Assembly: GCF_009914755.1 (NCBI RefSeq)
Contig: NC_060944.1
DNA from: the human T2T-CHM13v2.0 reference genome, Homo sapiens
DNA length: 64,000 nucleotides
Reading direction: 5' to 3' (one strand)
Part shown: piece after piece, positions 43,728 to 58,277 of the stretch
Layout: every line of letters begins with the position of its first letter
Position numbering within the stretch: the first letter of the stretch is position 1
The notes under the pieces: generated by a model
What the model saw: only the letters and a program-made list of their open reading frames with translations
Told to the model about the DNA's origin: nothing
Database searches by the model: none
Made by a program: the position numbers and the translations under genes

Positions 43728-44067
43728 CAACAGTCCCCAACCTTTTTGGCACCAGGGATCAACTTCATGGAAGACAATTTTCCACGGACAAAGGTAGGGG
43801 AGATGGATGGTTTCAGGATGAAAGTCTTTCACCTCGGATGATCAGGCATTAGTTAGAGTCTCCTAAGGAATGTGCAACCTAGATCCCTCGCATACACAGT
43901 TCACAACAGGGTTCGTACTCCTATGAAAATCGAATGCCCCTGCTGACAGAAGGCAGAGTTTAGGTGGTAATGTTCGCTCGCCCACCGCTCACCTCCTGCT
44001 ATTCAGCCTGGTTCCTAACAGGCCACGGACCTGTACCGGCCCGCGGCCCAGGGGCTGGGGACACCTG
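43728..44067 (-). mobile_element. MER1B
   Basis: Perfect 8-bp TSD ctttagag (43720-43727, 44068-44075). Confidence 0.93.
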
Positions 44068-44258
44068 CTTTAGAGTCGTATCATTTTTGTTGATCCAGAA
44101 TAACAAAGAGATGAACAGCCTAAGTCCACCAGCTATGAGTTTGGGATTGAATTTGACACCAGTTTAATTGAGGCAGCCACGGAGATCAAGGCAAAAATAA
44201 CACTTCTTAAGGTCCCACTGTGTAGTGACAAACATTAGCTTCTTTAATCTTCATAATG

Positions 44259-45135
<877 letters not shown>

Positions 45136-45165
45136 TACGTAAGTATGAAACAAATATGTTTATTC

Positions 45166-45222
45166 TTTTTTTTTTTTTTTCTGAGACAGAGTCTTACTCT
45201 GTCGCCCAGGCTGGAGTGCAGT
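45166..45222 (-). mobile_element. Extremely 5'-truncated Alu
   Basis: T-tail plus 42 nt of the Alu 3' end; degenerate TSD caaatatgtttattctt / cagatatttttgttctt. Confidence 0.85.
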
Positions 45223-46829
45223 CAGATATTTTTGTTCTTATTCCCATTCCACAAATATGAAAATAGCCCAGAGGAGATGAATAACTTACCCAAGGTCACC
45301 CGTCACTGACTTTGTATTTGTGTAATTTCGTCACTCCCTTCTCTTAACAGACACTTCTAAATAGCTTCAAAGCACATTGAACTGGACAGTTGTTGCAAAC
45401 CAGCTTCAACATTACAAAAATAAACATTTTCCAGAAAGGCCTTCACTCAAGATGACCCACACAACTCTTTGAATGGTCTATGTATTTTTAAATCATGTGG
45501 TAATCCCCTTTGTACATACTAAATAAGTCCCATTCTGCTCACATGTTAATAAATTTTTCTCATTTGTGAGAGTTGCTGAATAGAGCAAGCGAATTGTTTT
45601 ACTCAGTAGGTGGTCGAGCCATAATAAAGAAGCCTCGTGATTAAGTAGAGTTGGAGCCTCTTATCTTTCTCACTGAGTGGGAGGCACCATTAGTAGTAAA
45701 AGTAATTACCTGTGTAGAACACGCTGATTGCATCAAGTACCTACTACACGCTACTAAGATAGTCATCTCCATTTTAGAGCTTCTTAAGAGATCTTCATTT
45801 GATGTTAATTTTACATTTTAAGCCAAAGTACATTATTTTTGGAAAACATTGTCTTAGCTGGATGAACTCATTTTTAAAGCCTTTCAAAGGACTTCTGTGC
45901 CCTGGTGATTCCCTCACCGATGCCCTTTCTCCAAAATGGCAGCTGCAAAGCTGTCTAAACAAAGTTGGAAATGATAAGCCACCTAAATGTGAAAGAATCT
46001 ATCTGGCAAGAGTTGGTTTTATGTGGGGGTGAAAAACCTGTGCTTTCATCTATGAAATCACAAAGTCCGTTATGGGAAGGTGTTGGCTATTTAAAGCAGT
46101 AATTCCTGAGAAACTGTCCATGCCAAATCTTGTTAAATGTTGTACTGGATAGTTTCAGCAAATTTCAAATTCTTCTCTGATGGGAATATTAGAAACAGGG
46201 TGCTCCTGGTTAGATGGAGGCAAGGCCAGAGCCTTGACACTTAGTGGTGGTAACTCAGAAAGAGTCCTCAGCAGAGGGGTTTTGGAGGCCAGAGGACTCC
46301 CCCAGCTCTGTCTTTGGCTGACAAAATGACCACTACTTGCAACCTAACCTTCTGTGTATAAAATGAACAGATTGAATAGGTGTCCCATCTAAGTCCAAAT
46401 TTTGATGTAGGTATACAGCTAATCATTTATTAGATTTATTAGAATTCTTTATGTGTGTGCATTTACAGTTAGGCATCTGTGCAATCGTCCAACCAATGAA
46501 TCACACCATGCCTTTGAGTTTTCCAATTCTCCCTTAAATGTAGCTATCAATGTTATTTTTACTTATAGGACCCCAAAATGTGACCTTCCTTAGGGAGGTA
46601 AATAAGACATTGCTTGTAGGCCTGACTTGAGGCTTGTAAATAGCTTTCCAAATTAATAGGTCTGCAAAAATATATTCTGAAGCCTCACATTTCTATCGGT
46701 TTTAACCGTATAGCCAGGGTCGGTGATCCTTTTTTCGCCATATCTACTTCTTTCATATTGCTGATCACATCGGAAAGCCAAAAAAGGACTATCAGATATG
46801 ATCAGGTTACCTGATAAAAAGAACAAACA

Positions 46830-47030
46830 GTTTTCGAAGTCAGACAGACTGGTTCAAATCCTGTTTCTGTTTATTCAGGCTCAAACCTTAGTCTGTCATT
46901 GTTACCAGCTGTGAGACATTCTGCAAATTATTTAACTAATTGAAGTATCAGTTTCCTCATCTATAAATTGGGCATGACAGTAATATTTGCTTCACCGTTA
47001 TAAAGACTAAAAGCAAATGAGATAGTATGG
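46830..47030 (+). mobile_element. MIR
   Basis: gaagtcagacagactggttcaaatcctg...tcagtttcctcatctataaattggg. Confidence 0.75.
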
Positions 47031-47894
47031 AATTCTGTTTCTGTTTTTACTGGAAGGAATTATAAAAATTTCCAGTTTGCATTGATAACTTGAAGAGGGA
47101 ATGTCTATTTTTTTTATAAGTTTTCTTCCCTTTCTATGTGAATTTTTTTAACTGTAAGCATTTATTGCATTTTTTTTACTTCTGTCTTTTAACATCATTT
47201 GATTTATCTTGGGTAAAATCATAAGCCTTCTTTATTATTGTTTAAGTTTCTCTGATTTAAAAAAACTAAAATATTATTAAAAATTAAATAAGATAACATA
47301 GCTAAGGTATTTTTCATAATGTTTGCCACAGAATAGCCACTAATCAAATTTGTCATAAGTAATAAGATCACTTCCATAACTACAAAAATTTTATAACCCA
47401 GGAAAAGTAAAGAACGACAAAATACACAGCAATTACTCAAAAGATTTTTCATTCCACTTATTCTGGTTAATTTCAGGTCCTGGAATCAAGAACAAGTGTT
47501 TATATATCGGTTAAATTGTTTTATAATGAATTTTGAAGAACCCTTGGAATTATTTTTGTGTTGGAATTATATTGTATTAAAGAGTGTTTGAAGCAATTTG
47601 GATATTCAAGTGGACTTAGTTTTGTCGGGGTTTTTTCCACTAAGATTTTTCACTGTTTGGGCATTATTTAAGATTCAGCCCAACAATATGTCACTAGCTA
47701 AAACTGAATGATGCTGTAATCCATACAGAGGACAAATGACAAATTTGTTGACTAAACTTCTATCAGTTTGGTTAGTGAGGAGCATTCTGATTATAGGTGG
47801 GAATTTTTGAGCAAGATTGACTCTTAATTTCATGTTCAATTTTTAAAAATTTATTCATCCTTTCCTCTGTTGTTTTTCTTCCTTTCCAACCAAA

Positions 47895-48008
47895 CTTCCT
47901 CCCTCCCTCCCTCCCTCTCTCCCTCTCTCCTTCTCTCCTTCTCTCCCTCCCTCCCTCCCTCCCTCTCTCCCTCTCTCCTTCCCTCCCTCCCTTCCTTCCT
48001 TCCTTCTT
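47895..48008. repeat. (CCCT/CT)n polypyrimidine tract
   Basis: About 110 nt of C/T only. Confidence 0.92.
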
Positions 48009-48342
48009 TGGTTAAGCACCTATTCTGTATTTTAAAACCAGTAGTCAAGCTCAGTTCATACTTTTTTATGCAAGTGCCTTTCACCAAGACAAAAACCAAG
48101 GCTTGAACTAACATTTAGCTTTTCTGAAAGCAATTTACTGAGAAAGTAAGATGCTTGGGTTTTTTCTGTGTAGACATTAATAATCATTTATTAGATTGTT
48201 AGGCCTATTTCAAGCCATGTAACCTCACTGGGTCTCAGTTTGCTTTCCTCCAAAATGGGATAATAATACCTGCTTTATCATATACATGAAGAATTTAGTC
48301 CTGTGCTAGCTCATGGTGCATTTGTTAAATAAGAAAAATAGA

Positions 48343-48667
48343 TGCCGGGTGTGGTGGCTCACGACTGTAATCCCAATACTTTGGGAGGCTGAGATGGGTG
48401 GATCACCTGAAGTCTCCTGACTTCGAGACCAGCCAGGCGAATATGGTGAAACCTCATCTCTACTAAAAATACAAAAAAATCAGCCGGGCGTGGTGGCGGG
48501 CACCTATAATCCCAGCTACTCGGGAGGCTGAGGCTGGAGAATCGCTTGAATCCAGGGGGCGGAGGTCGCAGTGAGCCAAGATCGCGCCACTGAACTCCAG
48601 CCTGGGCAACACAATGAAACTCCATCTCAAAAAGAAAGAGAGAGAGAGAGAGAGAAAGAAAGAAAGA
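48343..48667 (+). mobile_element. AluSx-like with (GA)/(GAAA) tail
   Basis: Full dimer; altered B-box region. Confidence 0.92.
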
Positions 48668-48814
48668 CCGATATTTCACTTTAGGTAGAACTTTTGCATG
48701 TCTTGGAGAATCTGAAATATGACCAGGCTGTCAGTGGGGAAACACACCGAGGAGAAACTGCATAGTGGTAGTGGCTTGGTTCCTAAAGTAAGACAAACTC
48801 AGGTGTTCAATGCT

Positions 48815-49020
48815 GTTATTTATTGAACACTTATTTACATGCCAGGCCCCTTGTCAATTACTTTGTATGCATTGTACACTAGGTGTTATTTTATTATTCC
48901 CATTTTACACATAAGGAAATGAAGGCCCCTGAAAGAGGGCAAGGACTTTCCCCAGGATAAATTACAAAGTTCAGATTTAAACCCAGGTGGTCTAGACCTC
49001 ATGATCTTAAACACTATGCC
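48815..49020 (-). mobile_element. MIR
   Basis: atttattgaacacttatttacatgccagg...cccattttacacataaggaaatgaagg. Confidence 0.75.
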
Positions 49021-52000
49021 CCCAGGATTCAGGGCCAGAAAGGTGCCTAGCTGCAAAGTCATGCCCATTACTGAGTTCAACTTCCTCAAATTCCCCCTGA
49101 AGTAATCCCACGCAGGGCTCAGTGGTGGCGTTCAGGCGTAAGCATTAAACCACAAGCCAGGCAGACCTTCATGAGGGCTTCTCAAAGTTCTCCTCTCCAG
49201 CTGCGCTCAACCTCACCTGTGCCTCTCAAGGCCTAGGGTTATTGTGCATGTGGCATGGTCTCCAGCTGTTCCTCATCCTGACTTCTCCATCTGCACCAAT
49301 CTCTTTGCATGGAGGCCGTGTCTTCTGGTCTCTTGGTAGCTCAGTAGTGGTGGGGTGGGTGCCAGCTGCCCACTGTGCATCTCAATCAAGGTTTCTTTAG
49401 TTGTAAGGAAGAATAACTCTCTTCAAAGGAAACTAAGCAATAACAACTAAACAGTAACAACAAAAATGTCCAAGGAGGGCGCTGGCATAGACCAGGGAAT
49501 TGATGCAAAGGTGGGGTTGAGTGGGATGTCGGAGAGGGTAGAGCCAGGTATCTTTATGAACCAAAAGGTATATGTGTTTTGCACCTTCCTTCAGACTTTC
49601 CTTCTCTCAAGATCGCCATATCTCCATTCAGATTTTTGGGCTAATCTCTACCAAAAGCTTGGCTCTCTGTGGGTAGCCTACTTTCAGTCCATTTGTCTCT
49701 GATTGAGGTGGAGTCTGTTAGGGCTTGAGGAGCGAGTAGTTCTTGTGGAAGGGAAGGTATGGCTTGAATAGATCATCCCCAAGTGTGTCTACCACATTGG
49801 TTCTTTGGAAGGTGATTGTTGGAGAAACCTCCTGTCAGGAATGATGTATATAGGGCAAATAACAACCTCTCCCTGGTGGCCTTAACCATAAAATAGAAGT
49901 ATGGACAGCTCTGTTCATCCTAACAATTATTTATAGGCCACCTCAATTTGCCTCTGTTAACTGGAACTCGTGTCCTGAAACCGTGTCTTCCCTTTGCACA
50001 GTTCTGTGGTTGCTGAGATGGCATGCACCATAAGGAGTGTCTGCATTTAAGACTTATCTTTTAATGCCAGTTCTCCTTCCAGGAGCTGGGGATATAGCAA
50101 TGAACCAATCAAATGTTCTTGCCTAAGAATTCAGGTAAGGGAGAAGGAAAATAAAAAATGAATATATTAGCTAGCTGGCATGTTAGACGTGAAATGCTAA
50201 GGAGAAAACAAAGCCAAGAAGATGGTAGAGGAAGAGTCAGGGGATGGGGTGGAGGGTTTCATGCTAGATAGGATGGCCAAGCATGGCTCTGCGGAGAAAG
50301 GAACCTATGAGTAGACTCATAGGAAGTGAGAAAACAAGCCATGTGATGATCTGAAGGAGGAGAATTCATAATACCAGATTCTCACATGGCTAGACCTTTT
50401 GCCCTTTCTTGAGCAACAGCCTGTCATGAATGGAGAGAAGAATTGAGGTCAACCAAAAAAGGGAAATTTTTTTGCCCAGGATCAGATGCTTTTCCAAGTA
50501 AACAAGTAGTTACTCCAAGGGATATTTCCAGGAGATTCTTCAACTCCAAAGGCCAAATCTTCACGTTTCCGTTACTGTAGAGCTTTCTAAACACAGATAA
50601 TTGTTTGCACAGTTGGTCAGCTCACACAAATCCCTTGGCAGTTTCTACAGACATTTATGCATTACACATTTTCGATCCTTGGCCCAAAGTTCTGATGTTT
50701 TAGCTCTGACAGTCGGCTCATGAGAACTCAGACTTCTTGATGCAAGCCCCCAGTCTTCACTTTTGAAAGACCATGGACCAAAGTTTTAATTGCCTCGTGG
50801 GTGTCTCTTCCTCTTCACTGGGTGCACAGCGTTACTCATAATCATGCTTCTGATTTGTGTCTGTTAAAAGAAGGATCAGAAACAGACTGGCAAGGTCTTA
50901 CAGTTCTTGGTAAAACTCTTGGAAAAGACTTTCTTTTTTGATTTGCTTGTGTATTTTAGTGGTGTCTTCAGGCTATTTAGAGAAAAGTAGTATGTCTATT
51001 GATTCGGCCATTGGCAGGGACTTAAATGATGGTACGTGTTGGCTGTGTAGTACCTCTGCTTCTTCTAGTTGGATTAAATCCAAGGACAGGTAAATTCTTT
51101 TGGCATTTGGCTTGACCAGAGACTTTGTATCTGCCATATTGGTAATTGGCCACCTTGGTGATTTTTGGACTAATGCTCCAGGGAGAGAAACTAAATAACT
51201 CTCTCCTCCAACCTTTTCCCAAGCAGTTCTCTCTACCTGGCATTATTTTTTAAAATTGACTTAAGCTTTGCCCCCTCTTGGAAGCATTCTATTACCCCAT
51301 GTCTGTCTTCAAGATGAATTCAGCTTCCTGCTCTGTTGTCCCATAAGTATCCTGGGCATAGTTCTGCTCTGGGACTCATCACCTATTGCTGAAATCCTTT
51401 TGTTTTCTTACCTGTTTCCTACTGAACAGAGAGCTTCTTGAGGTCCAGCACTGGGGCTTAATTTGATTCATTTAGTAAGTTTTTGTTGGGAACTTACTAT
51501 ATATGAAGCACTGGATTCAACTCTGGGAACTCAAAAGTGAACAGAATGTACACAATTCTGCTCTCATGGAATTTATAGTCTACTGGAGTTAGACAGACAT
51601 TTTAAAAAATTATCATACAGGAAATTGCAATGAGTAATTTTGTTGGGTACTATGGAGGGAAATCCTTTAAGGGCCCTGTTTGTTTCTGACTTTAAAGCAC
51701 TAGCAACAAATTGGCATTAACTGATTATGTGATTTGAATGGAATTGAGGATCTCAGCGTTGGCCCTCCGTCCTGCTGTTGTCAACTCTCCCAAGTTTTTA
51801 AATGCCAAGTTGTAGTTGCCTTTGTTCCGCTAAATTGAAAAATTTACCCCGTGCAAATGAATAACTAAATTCATATTTTTTTGAAGAATTCTATCTAAAT
51901 GGAGATTTTATGGCTTTCAGAAACCTTTAAAACTTCCCTTTCCCCCATATGAATTCCACTATGGATTGACATATGGCATATTTTCAATGTCTAGTTTTTG

Positions 52001-52584
52001 TAATTAATTGAAGGCTCACTCTGTCTGAGAAAGAGAGTGCTTTGGCATTTCCGAGACCTGTGGATTCCATCCAGAGTACCACACAGCAATGCAGAGACTC
52101 CACTGCCGCTCACCTAGCTAGGAGGCTGCAGCTCTGTTTGTGAAATGTTGCTATTCAGCTTTCAAGTTTATTGGGAGCACTGAGTTCCAAGGATAGCAAT
52201 TAGGTTGTTCTGCATTCTTCGGCTGGCTCAGGATGCACGTGCTGAGACTGCACATCATAGCAACGGCTCCTTGACTGCCAGGGAGAACAGTGTGAAAGCT
52301 TTCCGTGGCTCATCTCAACCACCTCCTCCTCGCCCCTGGCGCTCCGCAATCCTCTCTACTCCTTGGTGATACCTTTTTAAATCTCCCCATTATGTTCAAC
52401 AGCATGTCAGCTGAGAGTTCAGGCTTACGAGATCATGTCCAATAGGCCAAAGTGTCGAAAATAAATGTTAGCTCATAAAACATACGTGGCACATCTATAG
52501 GGCCTGAGGAAAGCCCACACAGAGAAAAAAATCTTAAGTGAACTTGTTTAACCCAGCAGTGACAGGTACAGGAATGGGATTTTC

Positions 52585-52608
52585 TTTTTTTTTTTTTTTT
52601 TTTTTTTT
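52585..52608. repeat. Poly-T run
   Basis: 24 consecutive T. Confidence 0.9.
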
Positions 52609-52736
52609 AATTAAACAGAGTTTTTCCAACTTCCAGGCTGGCAAAGAAGTTGTAAAGGGAATGTACATTTTGCACCGTAATAGAAAGAGATAAGTAGGGA
52701 TTTTTCCAAGATTTGGAAAGCTGGTCTTCGTAAGTC

Positions 52737-53830
52737 CATTTATTTATTCAACAAAAACTTTATGAAGTATCTATTACATGCCAGGCACTGTACTTGGCAT
52801 TTGGGATAACATAGTGACTGAGAAAAGATTTGCCCTTGAGAAAAATCACAGCCCCTTTGGAGGGACTGACATTAACCATTTAAACACATAAATATGATTT
52901 TTCACACAGTAATAATAGCTATGAAGATTAAAAAGCTAGATCATAAGATACGTGGCTATAAGAGAACTCCCTGATAGGGTGACATTTTAGATAAGTCTCA
53001 AAGGGTGAGAATAAACTGTCTACATGAAGAACAAGAAAAGAACCTTTCAGTCAAAGGAAATAGCAAGTGCCCAGACCCTACTGAGGAAGGCCTGGGGAGC
53101 GCCCAAGAATCCTGTGTTAATCAGGGTTCTCCAGAGGGACAGAACTAATAGGATAGATGTATATATCAAGAGGAGTTTATTAGGAGAATTGACTCACAAT
53201 TGCAAGGTGAAGTCCCACAATAGGCCATCTGCAAGCTGAGGAGCAAAGAAATCAGTCCAAATCCCTAAACCTCAAAAGTAGGGAAGCTGACAGTGCAGTC
53301 TTCAGTTTGTGGCCGAAGGCCCAAGAGCCCCTGGCAAACAAGTGTTGTAAGTCTAAGAGTCCAAAAGCTGAAGAACTTGGAGTCTGATGTTTGAGAGCAG
53401 GAAGCATCCAGCACAGGAGAAAGATGAAGGCCAGAGGACTCAGCAAATCTGCTCTTTCCATCTTCTCCTGCCTGCTTTATTGTAGCTGTGCTGGCAGCTG
53501 ACTAGATGGTGCCCACCCAGACTGAGGGTGGGTCTGCCTCTCCCACACCACTGACTCCAATGTTAATCTCCTTTGTCAACACCCTCACAGACACCCCCAG
53601 AAACAATACTTGGCGTCCTTCAATTCAATCAAATCGACACTCAATATTAACTGTCACAAATACGAAGGAGACCATTCTGACTGGGGTTGAGAATAGGGTG
53701 GAGAGAGTCAGGGCATGAAGCCATGGGGGAATAGGTTTGCTGGAATTTGAAAGCCATGAGACAGAGTGAGGAGTTCCTTCCAATTGAAAGATTTTAAGCA
53801 GCAGAATTCAGACATGAACTTTGGCTGGGT
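52737..53830 (-). mobile_element. L2 interrupted by MLT2A
   Basis: catttatttattcaacaaaa...catgccaggcactgtact; aagattttaagcag. Confidence 0.6.
53113..53658 (-). mobile_element. MLT2A (HERV-L) solo LTR
   Basis: tcagggttctccagagggacagaactaatagga...actcaatattaactgtcaca; TSD aatcc/aatac. Confidence 0.9.
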
Positions 53831-55027
53831 TTGGAATGGAGTGCACCTCTGTAAGACTGAGGTGCACCATTTCCCCGTCTGCCAAAATGGAGCAGCTGAC
53901 AGCAGCTTGCTTGCAAGGGTCTCCGAGCCCACAAGCCCAGGTGTGCTTTGAGGTGGCTTCCTCAGCATCTTAAGATAACTCACAGCAATTATTTTGCTGT
54001 GGATTTGCAGAATAAACAAAGGCTTCATCGAGCCTCTGGTTTGAGGTAATAAGTCACTAATGCTGTGTGTGCACACTCCTAAGCTTCAAGCCTGTGTGGA
54101 TTCTTTCTTCAATTTTACTCCCCTTTTCGTTTGCTGTTTTGTTTCCAATATGTCATGTTTCCATATAACAAAACACGCATACAGACTTGATACCATTTAA
54201 TATTTAATTCAAATAATAAAATACTTACCATATCAGATAAAATGTTTACATGTATGAATGTTTATATTCCCTCAGGAGTGTGTTTTGGAGGATGGGTGAA
54301 ACTCTGATAGCACACAGTGGCATTTTAAGTGGCACACAGATAAACTTCCTAACAATTTAATTGTAATGTATTTATTTTAAGGTGTAATACTTGTGTAAAA
54401 TGAGGACCACATCAATTTGGTAATTTTGTAGCTATTATCGCTAGATTGCCAATGTCAGTTGTGATAGAAAATACACTGTTCAAATTCATTTACTTAAGAA
54501 GTGAGTTTATGTAAAGCCTGGATAGTAGTGCAGGAGATAGTTCTATAACGGCAACATTGGTGAAAGAAGTACATCTATGCTGAGCATTATAAAACACAGT
54601 CCCTTGAAAGGGATTGTGTAGTCATCAGCCACTTCTCTAGGTTTGTATGCCGCTCCCGGTTTTCACTGGATGTGGGTTGCCTGCTGAGCTTCCAGCAAAG
54701 CTACAGATTCAAGTTGCTTTGCTGAAAATATAGCTTAAATAATTTGTAAGATTTACCTACTACTTAAATCCTTCATTTATATTCTGATTTTGCTCATTAA
54801 AATTTGCAATATGATTGTATTTTATATGCAAAGCCATACTATTTCTTGGTAGATCCATTTATTCCCTTACCTTAGATTTTTGAAGATGCAAAAGTATCAC
54901 GACTTCCTGTCCAAAAGGAAATGAGGCACTGTTGATGCCAATGCAACATTTATACTTAATGTAGAGAAAGCACTCCATTATAGTGTACTTCAGAAATTCA
55001 GAGAGTGTGCTAAAAACCCGTGCTTCT

Positions 55028-55330
55028 GGTCAGCCTCAGTGGCTCACGCCTGTAATCCCAGTACTTTGGGAGGCAGAGAGATTGGAGGATCACTAGAACC
55101 CAGAAGTTCAAGACTAGCCTGGGCAACATAACAAGAGCCTGTCTCTACTAAAAATAAAAATAAATTAGCTAGACATGGTGGTACCCGCCTGTTGTACCAG
55201 CTACTAGAGAGGCTGACAAGGGTGGATTGCTGGAGCCCAGGAGTTCAAGGTTGCAGTGAGCCATGATTGCACCACTGTATTACAACCTGGGTGACAAAGC
55301 AAGGCCCTGTCTCAAAAATATAACAACAAA
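55028..55330 (+). mobile_element. AluJ
   Basis: ggaggatcactagaacccagaagttc and gagcccaggagttcaagg; TSD aaaacccgtgcttct / aaaaccgatgctttt. Confidence 0.92.
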
Positions 55331-56086
55331 ACCGATGCTTTTGTTTGTTTCCCAGAGGAGGGTTTTGGAAGAAACTACTGACACAGCATGTGACAGCAAG
55401 CATCACACTCACAATATCGTTTCCTTGTGTGACCGCTCCCATCAATTAGAATTGACATCAGTTCCAATCCTATACTTTATAGCCCTATACGAGAGACCTT
55501 AGTAGAATTGGAAACCAACCTAGTTACCATTCTGTGTTGTCACATCCCTTTTTTAATGTGTAAACTGAGTCAAGTGTCGACTGAAGCTTCAGCCAGAATT
55601 CAATGCCAGGATTCATTCTCCGTCTTAACACTAGCCACCAGATGATGTTTTATCAGTCAACTTGAGTCTTCTCATATTACCCGTTGACTGTGTTCTGTTT
55701 GACAAAGAAGCTGTGTGGGTTGCTAGTATATTTTTCCCTCAAGACCACCTAACAAACACGGCATTACTTGTGGGATAAATGTTAGCCATGGGAAAAGGAA
55801 ACAATATTCCCTGGTATGCTGCTCATTGTCACATGCTATGTCTTTAGTTTCTTCTGAAACCCTTCTTGGAAACATTTCTCTCCCAGTTGTAATTTGTATA
55901 TTGCTGCATCTTTTGAAAAATTATTTTGAAGTCTTAAGATAAAATACTACATGAGAACGGAGTGGGAAAGGATCTAAGAAGCAGTTGTAAAAATAACATT
56001 CTGGGACAGTGGCACTCATGGTAAAGTATCTTTGTTGCATCACGTTTGTTTTGGACATTCTGCTGGCTAGAAAGAGTAGCATAGAC

Positions 56087-56287
56087 CACGGATTGGCAAA
56101 CTTTTTCTGTAAAAGGGCAGTGGATATATATGTTCAGCTTTGCAGGTCATATAGTCTCTGCAGTACCTACTCAGCTGGAAAGCAGCTATAGACTAGGTAA
56201 ACAAATGGCCAGGATTGTTTCCCAATAAATCTTATTTACAAAACAAGCGGTGAGCCGGATATGGCCCTGGGACTGTAGTTTGCCCTG
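56087..56287 (-). mobile_element. MER58A
   Basis: ggcaaactttttctgtaaaagggcag...ccaataaatcttatttacaaaacaag. Confidence 0.85.
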
Positions 56288-56314
56288 TGCTAGGGAGCAC
56301 AGAAGAGATGCATT

Positions 56315-56545
56315 TGACTCTTAGAAATATACAGACCTGAGCCACATCCTGGCTCTGATACTTACCAGCTGTGGGTGCCTGGCCATCTGAAAGCATTTCT
56401 CAGCTCATCAGTTTCTACTTAAGTAAAATGGGACCAATTATACAACCCCTCTGATGGGTTATTGGGAGAATCTAACGAGGAATGCTCAGTGATGAACACA
56501 GACCTGACCCAGTAAGCACACATCCAATGTTAGATGCTACTGTGG
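56315..56545 (+). mobile_element. MIR
   Basis: atcctggctctgatacttaccagctgtg...gtaaaatggga. Confidence 0.7.
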
Positions 56546-56579
56546 CTGCTGTGTTGCCGTGGCTGCTGGGTTGGAAGCC

Positions 56580-57090
56580 CTGCTCCACTCTTCCCCCTCC
56601 AGTCTGTTGCCCATAGGGAAGGAAGAGTAACCTTAACATGGAAATTGACCCAAGTGTCTTTTCTGCTTAAAGCCTTTCCGTGGTTTCCCACGCCTTTCAC
56701 TATGGCCTGATCTAGCTCATGCTTCCTTTTCCAACATGGTGGTGCTGCTCTCCTTCACTCTCGCTGGGTGGGCTCCAGCCATACTGAAGCAGTGCATGGA
56801 GCTCTTTTGTGCCTTGGGACATTTACATGCCACTTTCTTTTCCAGAATGTTCTTTCTTTGGCTTTTCTAATGGCTGGTGTCTTCTCATTCATTATGTGTT
56901 TGCTTAGATGTTACTTCCTCAGAGAAGTCTTTATCATTCTCTTACCATAACTATTTTCTCATAACTCTCAGCAAAATTCATCAAGAACCGTGCCTGTCTT
57001 ATTCACAGTTGAAATCACAGTGCTTTGTACAGTGTTCTGGCACATAATAGACACTCAATAAACACATGCTAAAAATAAGTGATTTAATGA
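56580..57090 (+). mobile_element. L2 3' end
   Basis: cagtgttctggcacataatagacactcaataaac. Confidence 0.7.
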
Positions 57091-57281
57091 TTTATGATGA
57101 TAATCATTATCATCATGAATAAATCTGAAAGCATAGGACCTCAGCCGGGTTTCATCAGACTTCAACCGTCTTCAAACTACTTCATGATTTTTACCTTATC
57201 TAGGTACCACTTTTGTTACAAATATTTACAATTTTTTACTCCCTTTTTTGACTTAGTTTTTTTTTTTTTTTTTAAATAAAC

Positions 57282-57504
57282 CAGGGATTGACAAACTACA
57301 GCCTCAGGGCCAAATTTGGCCCTCCGCCTTTTTTTGTAAGTAAAGTTTTATTGGAATACAGCCATGCCCATTTATTACTGTATCGTCTGCAGATGCTTTC
57401 ACCCTATAGTGGCAAAGTTAGATAGTTGAGTAGAGACTGTCTGGCCTGCAAATCAGGAAATATTTACTGCCTGATTCTTTACAGAAAACATTTGCCAACT
57501 ACTG
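57282..57504 (+). mobile_element. MER58A, inside an older hAT-like element (about 57140-57680)
   Basis: gggccaaatttggcc...taaagttttattggaatacagccatgccca; the host ends ccacactttgggaacca. Confidence 0.85.
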
Positions 57505-58277
57505 TACTAAGTCATAAAAACCACCAAATCCCATGTTTGATACGCTAGTTATGTTTTTGTTTTCATTTTCATTAAAAACAATCTTGTAACTATTATGATT
57601 TTAAAAAATGATTTACTTAAGGGCCCACTAAAAACATCTTGTCTGCCATCTCTGGTATATGAGCCACACTTTGGGAACCAGAGCCACAGTAGTCTTTAAA
57701 CTTCATCAGTGACATTCTACACCTGGGTGAAAGTCCAATATGTGGGTCCCTGACTCGGTGCAAGTTAGAACATTTTCCCCTCCAGAGATCCTTTAGTGAC
57801 TACTTCATTTTGGGAAGTGCGATTTTCAAATTTACCCAATGGTAAACTCATGGGCCTTTCTCCCCACGGTGCAGTACATCTGCCTGGCGTACTCTTGCTA
57901 ACCTTCCACACAGCGTGCTGAGAGTCTGATGTGAACATCTGCATCATGGATGTCATTATAACAGGTGTCAAAAATGCTACTATGCCCCCAGAACACCTAG
58001 ACTCTTCACAAGATAGATGAAACCTATGGCTCTCTGTACCTGTGCTTCCAGAAATCAGGACTGATGGATTTTTCTCATATTATGAATAGCCAGTGGCTGT
58101 TCTGTTAGATGGCCCTTTGTAAAGAAAATTCTGCCTCCCAGAAGTTTCCCCAGATTTACCTGTTGCATTATGAAATCTCCTGTAAATAATGCAGAGAAAT
58201 TTGCAGATGCCTTCTTATTTTTGTTTTTCAATGAAAATCATTTCAGGTAATGAAAGTTATGACCTCAAAGTGAAAGG

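Noticed and set aside
48535-48630. Shares the ggaggtcgcag variant with the Alu at 1351, suggesting a local source
   Set aside because: The two copies differ at many other positions, so a recurrent substitution is more likely.
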